Assembly (NCBI GenBank): GCA_963821525.1
Contig: CAWGED010000010.1
Location: forward strand, 136,425-200,424
Reading direction: 5' to 3'
DNA length: 64,000 nucleotides
Source: an uncultured Gemmatimonadales bacterium
GTDB taxonomy: Bacteria > Gemmatimonadota > Gemmatimonadetes > Gemmatimonadales > GWC2-71-9
The notes under the pieces are model-generated. The model saw nothing but the letters and a program-made list of their open reading frames with translations, searched no databases and was not told where the DNA came from. The position numbers were made by a program, and so were the translations under genes. Below, piece after piece: positions 28,496 through 38,045 of the stretch (position 1 is the stretch's first letter; each line of letters begins with the position of its first letter).

Positions 28496-30727
28496 ATGCC
28501 GCCCGATCAACTGGAGCGCCTGAATTCCGAACTCGCCGGCCGTTACGCGATCGAGCGGGAACTCGCGCAGGGCGGAATGGCGACGGTCTATCTCGCGGAC
28601 GACCTGCGGCATCACCGCAAGGTCGCGATCAAGGTGCTCCGCCCGGAACTGGCATCGGTCCTGGGTCCTGATCGCTTCGCGCGGGAGATCGCCATCGCCG
28701 CGCGGCTCAACCATCCTCACATTCTCGCCTTGTATGATTCGGGTGCCGTGGGCGGGCATCTCTTCTACGTCATGCCTTACATCCGGGGCGAGTCGCTGCG
28801 CCAGAAGCTGGAGCGCGAAAAGCAGCTCGACTTGGGTGAGGCGCTCGCGATCATTCGACAGGTCGCCTCGGCGCTGGATTACGCCCACGCGCAGAACCTG
28901 GTCCACCGGGATATCAAGCCGGAGAACATCCTTCTATATGAAGGCGAGGCGATGGTGGCCGACTTCGGCATCGCGCTCGCGCCGAGCAACGCCCCGGCCG
29001 ACCGGCTCACCACCAACGGGCTGGCTCTGGGGACTCCACACTACATGAGTCCGGAGCAGGCATCCGGGGAGTCGAACCTGGACGCCCGCAGCGATGTCTA
29101 CTCCCTTGCGTGCGTGCTATACGAGCTGCTTACCGGAGAGCCTCCCTATACCGGAGTCACGGCGCATGCGGTGATCGCCAAGCGCTTCACCGATCCCATA
29201 CCCTCTGCCCGGAGGCTTCGGCCGGCGGTGCCAGCTGCCGTAGATCAGGCGCTCACCAAGGCGCTGGCTCGGATACCCAGCGACCGCTTCACCAGTTGCG
29301 GGGCCTTTATCGAAGCCACGACTCGTCCGGCGGGACGGGAGACCAGGACGGCTTCGGTCGCCGTGTTGCCGTTTCTGAACCTGAGCCCCGATCCAGCCAA
29401 CGATTTCTTCGCCGACGGAATCACCGAGGATGTGATCGCCCAACTCTCGAAGATCCGCTCGCTGAAGGTGATCTCCCGTAGCTCGGCGATGCGGTTCAAG
29501 AAGCGGGAACAGAGCCTGCAGGAGATCGGGGCGACACTGGGTGTCGCAACACTACTCGACGGCAGCGTCCGGCGCGTCGGCGACCAGGTCCGGATCGTCG
29601 CCCAGCTGATCGACGCCGAAGCCGATCGCCATCTCTGGAGCGAGACCTACGACCGGCGGATGACCGACATCTTCGCGATTCAGACCGACGTCGCTCTCCA
29701 CATCGCCTCGGCGCTGCAGGCCGAGTTGTCTCCGGAGGAGAGGACCCGGATCCGGCGCGAGCCTACCGACAACCTTCTCGCGTACCAGCTCTATCTCCAG
29801 GGCCGTTACTGCTACACTCGCTATACCGAGGACTGGATCCGGAAGGGCATCGAGTACTATCGCCAGGCGATCGCGGCGGATCCCGATTACGCCCTCGCTC
29901 ACACCGGCATCGCCCTCGCCTTTGCCGAGCTGGCGGCGGGACAGGGCGGCGGCTCGATGCGACCGGATCTCGCTTACGAGGAGGCCATGGCCTCGGTCAC
30001 CAAGGCCCTCGCTTTGGATTACGAAATGGGCGAAGCCCACTCGGTGCTTGCCCTCCTCCGCTTCTCCCACAGCTTCGACTGGGCCGGCGCCGAGGATGAG
30101 TTCAAGCTGGCGCTGGAGCTGAGTCCGGGAGGCGCCGACATCCATGACCACTATGGCTGGATGTGCGCCGCACTGGAGCGGTACGACGAGGCGCTGGAGC
30201 TGGTGCAGCGGGCCCAGGAGCTGGATCCGCTGACCCACCGGGCGGATGTCGCCTCCACATTGCTCCGGGCGGGACGTAACGAAGAGGCCTTGCAGGCGGC
30301 GTTGCGGGCCGTCGAGTTCGAGCCCGATTATCCGCGGGGGCGTTCAACGTTGGGCTGGGCCTACATGAAGTTGGGAAACGTTGACGAGGGGCTGAGCAAC
30401 CTGCAGCAAGCCGTGAAGCTCAACACCGGCAACACTCTCTATCTCGCCCAGCTGGGGGAAGCGTACGGAATCGCCGGGAAGAGCGATGAGGCCCGCGAGG
30501 TGTTGCGACAGCTGGAGGAGATGGGCCGGCAGCGATACGTCTCGCCCTACCATCTCGCCTACGTCTACACTGGCCTGGGAGAGAACGACCGGGCAATGGA
30601 TTTCCTGGAGCGGGCCTATGCGGAGCGGGCCGGGAGTGTGTATGGAATCAAGGGGTCGTTCCTGTTCACGAGCCTCCGATCGCATCCGAGATTCAAAGCC
30701 CTGCTCGCCAAGATGAATCTGGCCTGA
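28496..30727 (+). CDS. Hanks-type Ser/Thr kinase with TolB-like domain and TPR repeats
   Basis: GGMATVY, VAIK, HRDIKPEN, DFG, YMSPEQ; SVAVLPFLNLS...FADGITEDVI; TPR C-terminus. Confidence 0.93.
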   Translation: MPPDQLERLNSELAGRYAIERELAQGGMATVYLADDLRHHRKVAIKVLRPELASVLGPDRFAREIAIAARLNHPHILALYDSGAVGGHLFYVMPYIRGESLRQKLEREKQLDLGEALAIIRQVASALDYAHAQNLVHRDIKPENILLYEGEAMVADFGIALAPSNAPADRLTTNGLALGTPHYMSPEQASGESNLDARSDVYSLACVLYELLTGEPPYTGVTAHAVIAKRFTDPIPSARRLRPAVPAAVDQALTKALARIPSDRFTSCGAFIEATTRPAGRETRTASVAVLPFLNLSPDPANDFFADGITEDVIAQLSKIRSLKVISRSSAMRFKKREQSLQEIGATLGVATLLDGSVRRVGDQVRIVAQLIDAEADRHLWSETYDRRMTDIFAIQTDVALHIASALQAELSPEERTRIRREPTDNLLAYQLYLQGRYCYTRYTEDWIRKGIEYYRQAIAADPDYALAHTGIALAFAELAAGQGGGSMRPDLAYEEAMASVTKALALDYEMGEAHSVLALLRFSHSFDWAGAEDEFKLALELSPGGADIHDHYGWMCAALERYDEALELVQRAQELDPLTHRADVASTLLRAGRNEEALQAALRAVEFEPDYPRGRSTLGWAYMKLGNVDEGLSNLQQAVKLNTGNTLYLAQLGEAYGIAGKSDEAREVLRQLEEMGRQRYVSPYHLAYVYTGLGENDRAMDFLERAYAERAGSVYGIKGSFLFTSLRSHPRFKALLAKMNLA

Positions 30728-30749
30728 CCGGAACTCGCGCTTGAAGTCC

Positions 30750-31718
30750 ATGCAAGCAATCGTCGTCCAGACACTCGGTGACCCCAGCGTCCTGACGCTG
30801 CGTTCCCACCCCATTCCCGACCCCGGCCCGGGCGAAGTGCTCGTTCGCATCGAGGCGGTCGGCGTCAACTTCACCGAAACCGAGAAGCGCCGCGGGGTCT
30901 ACAATCCTCCGGCCCTGCCCTGGATCCCGGGCGACGAAGGCGCCGGCGTGGTCGAGGCAACCGGCCAGGGCGTTGACCGGTCGTGGGCCGGACGTCGCGT
31001 CGCCTTCTGGGCCCAGGGCACCAGCGGGACCTACGCCCAGTATGCCGTGGCCCCGGTCAACTCATTGTTCTCCTTGCTGGATCAGGTCGAGTTCCCGGTC
31101 GCCGCCGCTCTCCCCGCGCAGGGCCTGACCGCCTACGGATTGGCCAACGCTGCAACGGAGCTGACCCGCGGGCAGAGCGCGTTGGTGCACGCGGCAGCGG
31201 GCGGTGTCGGTTCCTTGCTGGTTCAACTGCTGCTGCGCCGAGGGGTGCGGGTCTTCGGGACCGCGTCGAGCGCGGCAAAGCAGGAACTGGTGGGAGAACT
31301 GGGAGCCACACCCCTACCCTACGGCCCGGAGCTGCCGCAACTGCTCAGGACCGCCAACGGGGGGCAGGGCGTGGATGCCGTATTCGACTCGGTGGGTCAT
31401 GCCACCCAGGCCGACAGCCTGGCCGCTCTGAAGCTCTACGGACAGCTGGTTTTCTTCGGTGAATCCAGCGGCTCTCCGGCTCCGATCCATCCCGACGAGC
31501 TTTATGGCCTAAACCTACGAGTCAGCAGTTTCTGGCTGGCAGCAGATCCTCCGGAGCGATGGGATACGGCCCGTCGCGAGCTGCAGGAGTGGGTGGTGTC
31601 GGGACAGCTCCGGGTTACCCTGGGACAGATTTTCCCATTGGCCCAGGCCGCCGACGCGCACCGCCGACTTGAGCAGCGGCAGACTCACGGCAAGTTGATT
31701 CTGCTTCCCGCGGCGTAG
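30750..31718 (+). CDS. NADPH:quinone oxidoreductase (MDR family)
   Basis: PGPGEVLVRIEAVGVN, HAAAGGVG, GKLIL. Confidence 0.9.
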   Translation: MQAIVVQTLGDPSVLTLRSHPIPDPGPGEVLVRIEAVGVNFTETEKRRGVYNPPALPWIPGDEGAGVVEATGQGVDRSWAGRRVAFWAQGTSGTYAQYAVAPVNSLFSLLDQVEFPVAAALPAQGLTAYGLANAATELTRGQSALVHAAAGGVGSLLVQLLLRRGVRVFGTASSAAKQELVGELGATPLPYGPELPQLLRTANGGQGVDAVFDSVGHATQADSLAALKLYGQLVFFGESSGSPAPIHPDELYGLNLRVSSFWLAADPPERWDTARRELQEWVVSGQLRVTLGQIFPLAQAADAHRRLEQRQTHGKLILLPAA

Positions 31719-31742
31719 GGCATTCACCGGGAGTCCACAAAC

Positions 31743-33158
31743 ATGAGAGCGAAGACCACGAACGGGCAGGAGTTCGACCTGAAACAGGATCTGCTCGATG
31801 GCCTGAAGATGCGCATGCGAGGCTCGCTGCTGCTCCCCGGCGAGCCCGGTTACGAGGACTCTCGCACCGTCTGGAACGGGATGATCGACCGGCGGCCGGC
31901 CGCCGTTGCGCGCTGCCTCGGCACCGCCGACGTGATCGAGTGCGTGAAGCTGGCGGCGGCCAATGATCTCCTGCTCTGCATCAAGAGCGGGGGGCATAAC
32001 ATCGCCGGGCTGGCTTGCGCCGACGGCGGCCTGATGCTGGACCTCTCACCCATGCGCGGAGTGTGGGTCGATACCCGGAGAAAGATCGCGCACGCCCAGG
32101 GCGGTTGTCTCCTGGGCGATGTCGACCGGGAAACCCAGCTGCACGGGCTGGCGGCGGTGTTGGGGTTCGTCTCCCTCACCGGTATTGCGGGACTCACCCT
32201 GGGGGGCGGTTTCGGATACCTGACCCGGCGCTGGGGCTGGACCGCGGACAACGTGGTCGGCATGGATCTGGTGACCGCGGACGGCCGGTTGGTTCGCGCC
32301 AGCAGCGAGGAAAATCAGGATTTGTTCTGGGGACTGCGCGGCGGAGGGGGGAATTTCGGTGTCGTCACCGGCATCGACTACACCCTTTACCCGGTCGGTC
32401 CCGAAATCGTGGGTGGCATCGTGGCGTGGCCGGCGAGCGATGCACCGAAGGTCCTCGAGCTGTTTCGCTCCCTCGTGGAAGACGCCCCGCCCGAACTGAC
32501 CCTCGTTGCCCTGATGCGGCCGGCACCGGCGGCGCCATGGCTCCCCAAGGAGTGGCACGGGAAGCCGATCGTGGCCCTGCTCGCCTGCTACAGCGGAAAG
32601 CCGGAAGAAGGCGAGAAGGTCGTCGCTCCAATCAAGGCCTTCGGAACTCCGCTCGGCGATGTACTGGTGCGGCGCCCTTACGCCCAGCTGCAGACCCTGT
32701 TTGATGCGGCCAATCCCAAGGGACGGCGCTACTACTGGAAGAGCGAATACATGGCCCGCATCGAACCCGCCTTATGCGACAAGGCGATCGAGCACGCCGC
32801 CGCGATCCAGTCACCCCACTCGGCGGTGATCCTCTTCCAGATCAAAGGCGCCCTCAACCGGCTCAGTGATGAGCACTCGCCGGTCGGCAACCGTGATGCC
32901 TGCTACGTGCTCAACCTGGCCGGCGCCTGGGAAAAGGCGGAGGAAGACGAGTCTCACATTGCCTGGGCTCGCCTGGCGTGGAACGACATGAAGCGATTCT
33001 CGACTGGCGGCAACTACATCAACTTCCTGACCGAAGACGAAGGCCAGGACCGGATCGAGGCGGCGTTGGGCAAGTCCATCCGCCAGCTCGGCGAGGTCAA
33101 GAGCAAGTGGGACGCGAAGAACATCTTTCGGACCAACCGCAACATCAGACCAGCATGA
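31743..33158 (+). CDS. FAD-binding oxidoreductase (berberine-bridge-like)
   Basis: KSGGHN FAD-binding His, GLTLGGGFG, LFWGLRGGGGNFGVVT, YINF...KSKWD..NIF. Confidence 0.92.
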   Translation: MRAKTTNGQEFDLKQDLLDGLKMRMRGSLLLPGEPGYEDSRTVWNGMIDRRPAAVARCLGTADVIECVKLAAANDLLLCIKSGGHNIAGLACADGGLMLDLSPMRGVWVDTRRKIAHAQGGCLLGDVDRETQLHGLAAVLGFVSLTGIAGLTLGGGFGYLTRRWGWTADNVVGMDLVTADGRLVRASSEENQDLFWGLRGGGGNFGVVTGIDYTLYPVGPEIVGGIVAWPASDAPKVLELFRSLVEDAPPELTLVALMRPAPAAPWLPKEWHGKPIVALLACYSGKPEEGEKVVAPIKAFGTPLGDVLVRRPYAQLQTLFDAANPKGRRYYWKSEYMARIEPALCDKAIEHAAAIQSPHSAVILFQIKGALNRLSDEHSPVGNRDACYVLNLAGAWEKAEEDESHIAWARLAWNDMKRFSTGGNYINFLTEDEGQDRIEAALGKSIRQLGEVKSKWDAKNIFRTNRNIRPA

Positions 33159-33226
33159 GGGCCATGTCAGGCGCCGTCTGGGTCTTTCGAACCTCGAGGG
33201 GCGACAGCTGACCCCCAGATTGACCG

Positions 33227-34078
33227 ATGCCCTCGCCAACGCTGGCTGATCGGGCGAAGGGCTTGGCCCGGGAATGGAGTCTGAGTGTCACGAGGGTGGA
33301 GGAGACACCGACTTCGCTTCTGGCGTTCGGGAATCGCGGCGAAATCCCGGTCGTTCTCAAGGTCTTCCGCGAGTCGGGAGATGAATGGAATTCCAGCGCC
33401 GTCCTCCGGGCCTTTCGCGGCCACGGAATGGTCGAAGTGCTCGAGTATCGGGAGGACGCCGTTCTGCTGGAACGGCTGAGCCCGGGAACCGCGCTGGCTG
33501 AGCTGACGCTCGCTGGTCGAGACGCTGAGGCCACGGAAATCGTCGCCGACACAGTCCACCAACTCTCCGAGGCCAACGCCACAGTCGATGGGATTCCCAC
33601 GGTGGAAGATTGGGGACAGGGGTTCGCGGCTTATCTGAGGAGTACCGATTCCCAACTGGACCGCGGGCTGGTCGAGCGGGGACAGATCTGTTACGAAAAG
33701 CTCGCGGCCTCGCAACAAGCACCGCGCCTGCTGCATGGCGATCTCCAGCATTACAACATCCTGCAGGACAGCCGACGGGGATGGATCGCGATCGACCCCA
33801 AGGGGGTCCTGGGCGAGATCGAGTACGAATTCGGCGCCAGTTTCCGAAACCCTCAGCAGCCGCCTGATTACTACACCGGCCGAGAAGTCGTCGAACAGCG
33901 ACTCCGGATTTATACCTCCCGGCTCCACGTCGTGCCGGAACGGGTCCTGGCCTGGGCGTACGCTCAAGCGGTGCTGTCGGCGATCTGGCTGGTAGAGGAC
34001 GGCATCCCGGTCGCGCCTGACGCGCCGCAGATCCAACTCGCGCGAACAATCGAATCGATTCTTCCACCAGGTCCCTGA
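33227..34078 (+). CDS. aminoglycoside/hydroxyurea phosphotransferase APH(6)-like
   Basis: VVLK, LLERLSPG, LLHGDLQHYNIL, GWIAIDPKG. Confidence 0.85.
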   Translation: MPSPTLADRAKGLAREWSLSVTRVEETPTSLLAFGNRGEIPVVLKVFRESGDEWNSSAVLRAFRGHGMVEVLEYREDAVLLERLSPGTALAELTLAGRDAEATEIVADTVHQLSEANATVDGIPTVEDWGQGFAAYLRSTDSQLDRGLVERGQICYEKLAASQQAPRLLHGDLQHYNILQDSRRGWIAIDPKGVLGEIEYEFGASFRNPQQPPDYYTGREVVEQRLRIYTSRLHVVPERVLAWAYAQAVLSAIWLVEDGIPVAPDAPQIQLARTIESILPPGP

Positions 34079-34350
34079 TGCAGTATCTCGTCATCGAGCG
34101 GTTCCATAACGGCGATCCCGGCCCAGTCTACCAACGCTTCCGCGAGCGCGGCCGCATGGCCCCGCCCGGCCTCATCTATGTTGGAAGCTGGATCACCGAC
34201 GATCTGACCACCTGCTACCAAATCATGGAATGCGATGACCGCGGCCTGCTCGATCAATGGATAGCAAACTGGGAGGACATCGTGGACTTCGAGGTGCTGC
34301 CGGTTTTGACTTCAGCAGAGGTGCAGGAGCGGATCGGTCGGAGGTCTTGA
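34078..34350 (+). CDS. DUF3303 family protein
   Basis: YLVIERF...VYQRF..RGRM.P.GL.Y..SW...W.DIVDFEVLPV. Confidence 0.8.
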   Translation: MQYLVIERFHNGDPGPVYQRFRERGRMAPPGLIYVGSWITDDLTTCYQIMECDDRGLLDQWIANWEDIVDFEVLPVLTSAEVQERIGRRS

Positions 34351-34407
34351 TTGTGGGTGATAGCCGGGGGTCATGGGTCATGAGACCCACGACTCAGGAC
34401 TCACGAC
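34344..34407. repeat. degenerate inverted GTCNTGR heptamer element
   Basis: GTCTTGA...GTCATGG GTCATGA facing CCACGAC TCAGGAC TCACGAC. Confidence 0.75.
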
Positions 34408-34425
34408 ATTCGAAAGAAGCAGCAA

Positions 34426-34818
34426 GTGGACGGGGATCAGCAGGCAATTCGAGAGGTTCTTGCGCTGTGGCACCGCGCCACGGCGGCGGGAGACGTGAAC
34501 ACCGTTCTCAAGCTGATGGCGGAGGACGTCGTCTTTCTCGTTCCGGGGCACCCTCCCATGAGGGGACGAGGAGCGTTCGAGCAGGGGCTCCGCGCTCTGC
34601 TGGCACAGCACCAGATCGAATCGACCGGCGAGATACAGGAAGTCGAAGTGTCCGGCGACCTCGCCTACGCCTGGTCCATGCTTACCGTCCGCATCGTGCC
34701 CCTGGCGGGCGGCAACGCGACCATCCGGACCGGGAACGCCCTTTCCATTTTGCGGAAACAAGGGGACGGTTCATGGGTCGTAGTGCGGGACGCGAACCTG
34801 CTCTCGGCCGCGCAATGA
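34426..34818 (+). CDS. NTF2-like (SgcJ/EcaC, DUF4440) protein
   Basis: DQQAIREV...AGDV..VLKLMAEDVVFL...GDLAY...RKQGDGSW...DAN. Confidence 0.85.
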   Translation: MDGDQQAIREVLALWHRATAAGDVNTVLKLMAEDVVFLVPGHPPMRGRGAFEQGLRALLAQHQIESTGEIQEVEVSGDLAYAWSMLTVRIVPLAGGNATIRTGNALSILRKQGDGSWVVVRDANLLSAAQ

Positions 34819-34905
34819 CTGGCGTGCCGCTGGCCGACGAAACCTCACCATCGCCATCCGTCTGGACCTGCCCGACGGAGCCACCACCGCGCACGGTTGA
34901 CGGGA

Positions 34906-35385
34906 ATGAACAAGCTGAATGAGACGGTACGGCGCCGCCTGACCGCCCAGGGATTTGCCTGCGAGGTCGAATTGGTGGGCCAGATGGCGCCTTGGCTGCG
35001 CTGGACTCCCGCACTCAGCGCCATCTGGATTGCGGCCGGAACTACCGCGCGATCCCCCACCATTCTGTGGTCGTTCTCGCTCTGTGCTGCCGCAGGCGCC
35101 ATGGGCTGGCATCCCTTCGATGCGCTCTTCAACCACGGAGTGCGTCATCTTCTTGACCTCCCCCCTCTCCCCAACAACCCCGTCCCACGCCGGTTCGCCA
35201 TGTCGCTCGCTGCCGTCTGCAGTGCCGCCACAGGGCTGCTGTTCTACTGGCATCTCGACAAGGCCGGTCTGGCGACCGGAGTCGTGATGGCCCTCGGCGC
35301 CATCACTGTGGCGACGACACAATTCTGTGCCGGTTCCTGGATCTGGCACCAGCTGGGCCTGGCCCGAAGTTCCCGGGCCGGGTGA
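34906..35385 (+). CDS. DUF4395-like membrane protein
   Basis: HPFD, P.PRRFA, C-terminal FCAGSWI; four TM helices. Confidence 0.7.
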   Translation: MNKLNETVRRRLTAQGFACEVELVGQMAPWLRWTPALSAIWIAAGTTARSPTILWSFSLCAAAGAMGWHPFDALFNHGVRHLLDLPPLPNNPVPRRFAMSLAAVCSAATGLLFYWHLDKAGLATGVVMALGAITVATTQFCAGSWIWHQLGLARSSRAG

Positions 35386-35398
35386 GGGAGAAGGCAAT

Positions 35399-35503
35399 GC
35401 ACAGAGAACACGGAGAGCGGAGGGATTTAAGATTTACGATTTCAGATTGAAGATTGAAGCGAGTACGCACCAATCTTCAATCTTCAATCGTAAATCTTCA
35501 ATC
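35399..35503. repeat. 9-mer arm plus inverted GATTNNN heptamer element between convergent genes
   Basis: CACAGAGAACACGGAG; arms 35424-35456 and 35471-35503. Confidence 0.9.
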
Positions 35504-35506
35504 GTT

Positions 35507-36022
35507 CTAGCGCCGCCTTCCCCCATTCCCCACCGACAACGCCTGAGGATTCACCTGATCCATCGCGATCTGGCTCAGCAGTTTGTCGGCCTCTTCCTCC
35601 TCGCCCAGTGTCTCTTCGAGCAGGTCGGCGACATCATCGAGGCCGAGCAGGGAGGCCATGGTCTTCGCGGTGCCGTATCCGGAGATCTCGTAATGCTCCA
35701 CCCGTTGGGCGGCGGCGATCAGACCAGCGTCCTTTACCACGCCCTCGCCTTCCTCCTCGATGGTTTCCTTCCCCTCCTCGATCAATCCTTCCATGCCTTT
35801 GCAGCGCTTCCCGCGGGAGGATGCGTTGAGATGCTCGAAGCACTGTTCCAGCCGCGAGACATGGTTCTGGGTCTGGCCTAAATGGTCAGTGATCGCCTGC
35901 ACCAACTCTGGGGTGGTGGCGGCCTTGGCCATCTTCGGCAGCGCCTGGACCAGCTGCTTCTCGGCGCTGTAAAGATCCTTGAGTTGCTCTATGAATAGGT
36001 CCTGCATGGTGGCAAGTGCCAT
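35507..36022 (-). CDS. ferritin-like YciE/YciF (DUF892) protein
   Basis: LKDLYSAEKQL..ALPKM, CKGMEGLIEEG, AQRVEHYEISGYG. Confidence 0.92.
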   Translation of the reverse strand: MALATMQDLFIEQLKDLYSAEKQLVQALPKMAKAATTPELVQAITDHLGQTQNHVSRLEQCFEHLNASSRGKRCKGMEGLIEEGKETIEEEGEGVVKDAGLIAAAQRVEHYEISGYGTAKTMASLLGLDDVADLLEETLGEEEEADKLLSQIAMDQVNPQALSVGNGGRRR

Positions 36023-36444
36023 TGTTGAGCTCCCGGTGTGTCGTGAGTGTTGTCCGATCGGGAGGTCACCCTGACGTGGGGCGCAGGCCTGCCCACGGGA
36101 TCTTGGGCGAGGCGCATGGCATCCCTTCCAGCGGGTCGCTCGAACCGCGGCGAGAACAACGCAAAAGGCGTGTCGCTTGTCCTCCGCGAGGAGGTGCGAT
36201 CACGCCTTCATCTCGAGGCACCGTTGGCCTCGCGACAAGGGGACCGGCCCGAACGCCGATCCTTTGGAGGTCACAAGCTAAGAACGCCGCCCGTTCCGGC
36301 GCAAGCCCTTTCTTGGCGCCAGGCGTCATCTCCTCCGAGCATTCCTTGTGCGATCGAATCTCGCACCTCACCTTATGCCACAGCGATCATCGGATTGGGA
36401 TCCAGAATCCGACTCGGCTGATCATGCCAGCCAGGAGGGACACC

Positions 36445-36780
36445 ATGCACATCGTCCGGCAGGATCAGCTTCCGTTCGTGGGGATGTCACATCAGTTCGT
36501 AGGAGCCGAGAACGGCGACGTCGCGATCTCGGCCTATCTCGTAAGCGCCCCTCCCGGGCGGGGACCACGGCTGCATCGTCATCCTTATGACAAGGTCGTG
36601 TTCGTGAGAGAGGGGTGGGCTCGCTGGACCGTCGACGGAAAGGACCTTCAGGCAGGACCGGGAGACATCCTGGTCGTCAAAGCGGGCGAGGTTCATACCT
36701 TCATCAACATCGGCGAGACTCCGCTCGTCCAGTGCGACGTCCACCTGAGCCCGCACTTCGTGCAGGAAAATCTGGAGTAG
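36445..36780 (+). CDS. cupin domain protein
   Basis: GPRLHRHPY...GDILVVKAGEVHTF; AGGAGG RBS. Confidence 0.88.
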   Translation: MHIVRQDQLPFVGMSHQFVGAENGDVAISAYLVSAPPGRGPRLHRHPYDKVVFVREGWARWTVDGKDLQAGPGDILVVKAGEVHTFINIGETPLVQCDVHLSPHFVQENLE

Positions 36781-36815
36781 CGGTTTCTCTCGACACCTCG
36801 GCATCGAGGTTCACC

Positions 36816-36995
36816 ATGAAGGCCTATCTCATCACGACCGGGCTTCTCTTCGCGGCACTCGCCGCGCTTCATGTCTACGTGGTGGTGCAACGAGGGCCCG
36901 CTCTGGCCACCGATCCGTGGCCTGCGATCGTACTCGTCATCGCCGGCGGCATGAGCGTGTGGGCTGGTCGGTTCTTGCTCAAAGGCAGGCAGTAG
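36816..36995 (+). CDS. small two-TM membrane protein
   Basis: MKAYLITTGLLFAALAALH; GAGG RBS. Confidence 0.7.
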   Translation: MKAYLITTGLLFAALAALHVYVVVQRGPALATDPWPAIVLVIAGGMSVWAGRFLLKGRQ

Positions 36996-36998
36996 GGA

Positions 36999-37066
36999 AT
37001 TTCAGATTGAAGATTTGAGCGGGTTTTCAATTCCCAATCTTCAATCTGACATCTTCAATCTTCAAT
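36999..37066. repeat. inverted GATTTCA/GATTGAA element
   Basis: ATTTCAGATTGAAGATT facing AATCTTCAATCTGACATCTTCAATCTTCAAT. Confidence 0.88.
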
Positions 37067-37079
37067 TACCGGAGCCCCC

Positions 37080-37565
37080 ATGGCATTCAACATGGCAACC
37101 TTCACTCTGATCCATGTCATCATCAGCATGATCGGGATCTTCGCCGGCCTGGTCGTGGTGGGCGGTCTCATGGCCGGAGTCCGTTACAACGGCTGGATCG
37201 CCACCTATCTGGCGACCACCATCCTGACCAACGCCACGGGGTTCGGCTTTCCCTTCGTCGTCCTCATGCCCTCGCATATCCTCGGGGTGATTTCCCTGGT
37301 CATCCTGCCGTTCGCCGTCGTGGCGCTCTACTTGAAACACCTCGCCGGCAAATGGAGAGCCACGTTCGTGGTCATCACCGTCACGGCACTCTACTTCAAC
37401 GTCTTCGTTCTCATGGTCCAGCTCTTCCGCAAAGTCCCCGCGATGATCGCCCTCGCTCCAACCCAGAAGGAACCACCCTTTGCGGTCACGCAGCTCATCA
37501 TCCTTGCCCTGTTCATCGTCCTGGGAAGGGCTGCCGTGAGAGGTTTCCGGGAGGAGCGGGCCTGA
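37080..37565 (+). CDS. conserved hypothetical membrane protein
   Basis: FTLIHVIIS...TGFGFP...LYFNVFVL.VQ.F.KVP...LAPTQKEPPF; five TM helices. Confidence 0.8.
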   Translation: MAFNMATFTLIHVIISMIGIFAGLVVVGGLMAGVRYNGWIATYLATTILTNATGFGFPFVVLMPSHILGVISLVILPFAVVALYLKHLAGKWRATFVVITVTALYFNVFVLMVQLFRKVPAMIALAPTQKEPPFAVTQLIILALFIVLGRAAVRGFREERA

Positions 37566-37594
37566 GAACGACCTGAGAAACAAGTACACGTCTC

Positions 37595-38017
37595 ATGCCC
37601 ATCAGCTGCCGCATCAATCACTTCCGTCGGATCGTTCTCGCCGCCGGTCACGGAATCCTGAACGACCAGGACGTGTTCATCTACCAGAAGACGGTCTGGT
37701 CCCGGAAGGACATCGCTGGGTATGATGAGCTGATGGATATGACGGATGTTCAGAAGATTGTTCCGCCATCGACCGCTCGAATTCGCCAGCTGGCCGAGGT
37801 GGCCTCGAAGATGGAATCGAGCAACTCGACCTCGAGATTCGCCATACTGGCGCCGAGCGACGAGGCCTACGGATATGGCCGCATGTTCCAAGCGTTCCGC
37901 GCCTACCAGGACGGTGGGACTCGAAATGTTGAGGTCTTCAGAACGGCAGAGGAGGTCCTGGTCTTCCTGGGTCTTGCCGGCCTGACATGGGACCAGGTGA
38001 TCAGAGAATCCGTGTAG
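37595..38017 (+). CDS. hypothetical protein (SpoIIAA/STAS-like fold possible)
   Basis: ELMDMTDV...RFAILA....YGYGRMF...VFRT.EE.L.FL. Confidence 0.65.
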   Translation: MPISCRINHFRRIVLAAGHGILNDQDVFIYQKTVWSRKDIAGYDELMDMTDVQKIVPPSTARIRQLAEVASKMESSNSTSRFAILAPSDEAYGYGRMFQAFRAYQDGGTRNVEVFRTAEEVLVFLGLAGLTWDQVIRESV

Positions 38018-38045
38018 GCCGCCGGCCCGGAGGGAAGGACGCTCC

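Noticed and set aside
36023..36440. ncRNA or gene in the 400-bp divergent gap
   Set aside because: No recognisable tRNA, riboswitch or credible protein
14149..37066. CRISPR array from the recurring 30-mer
   Set aside because: Copies are kilobases apart, internally periodic, separated by genes, and no cas genes are present
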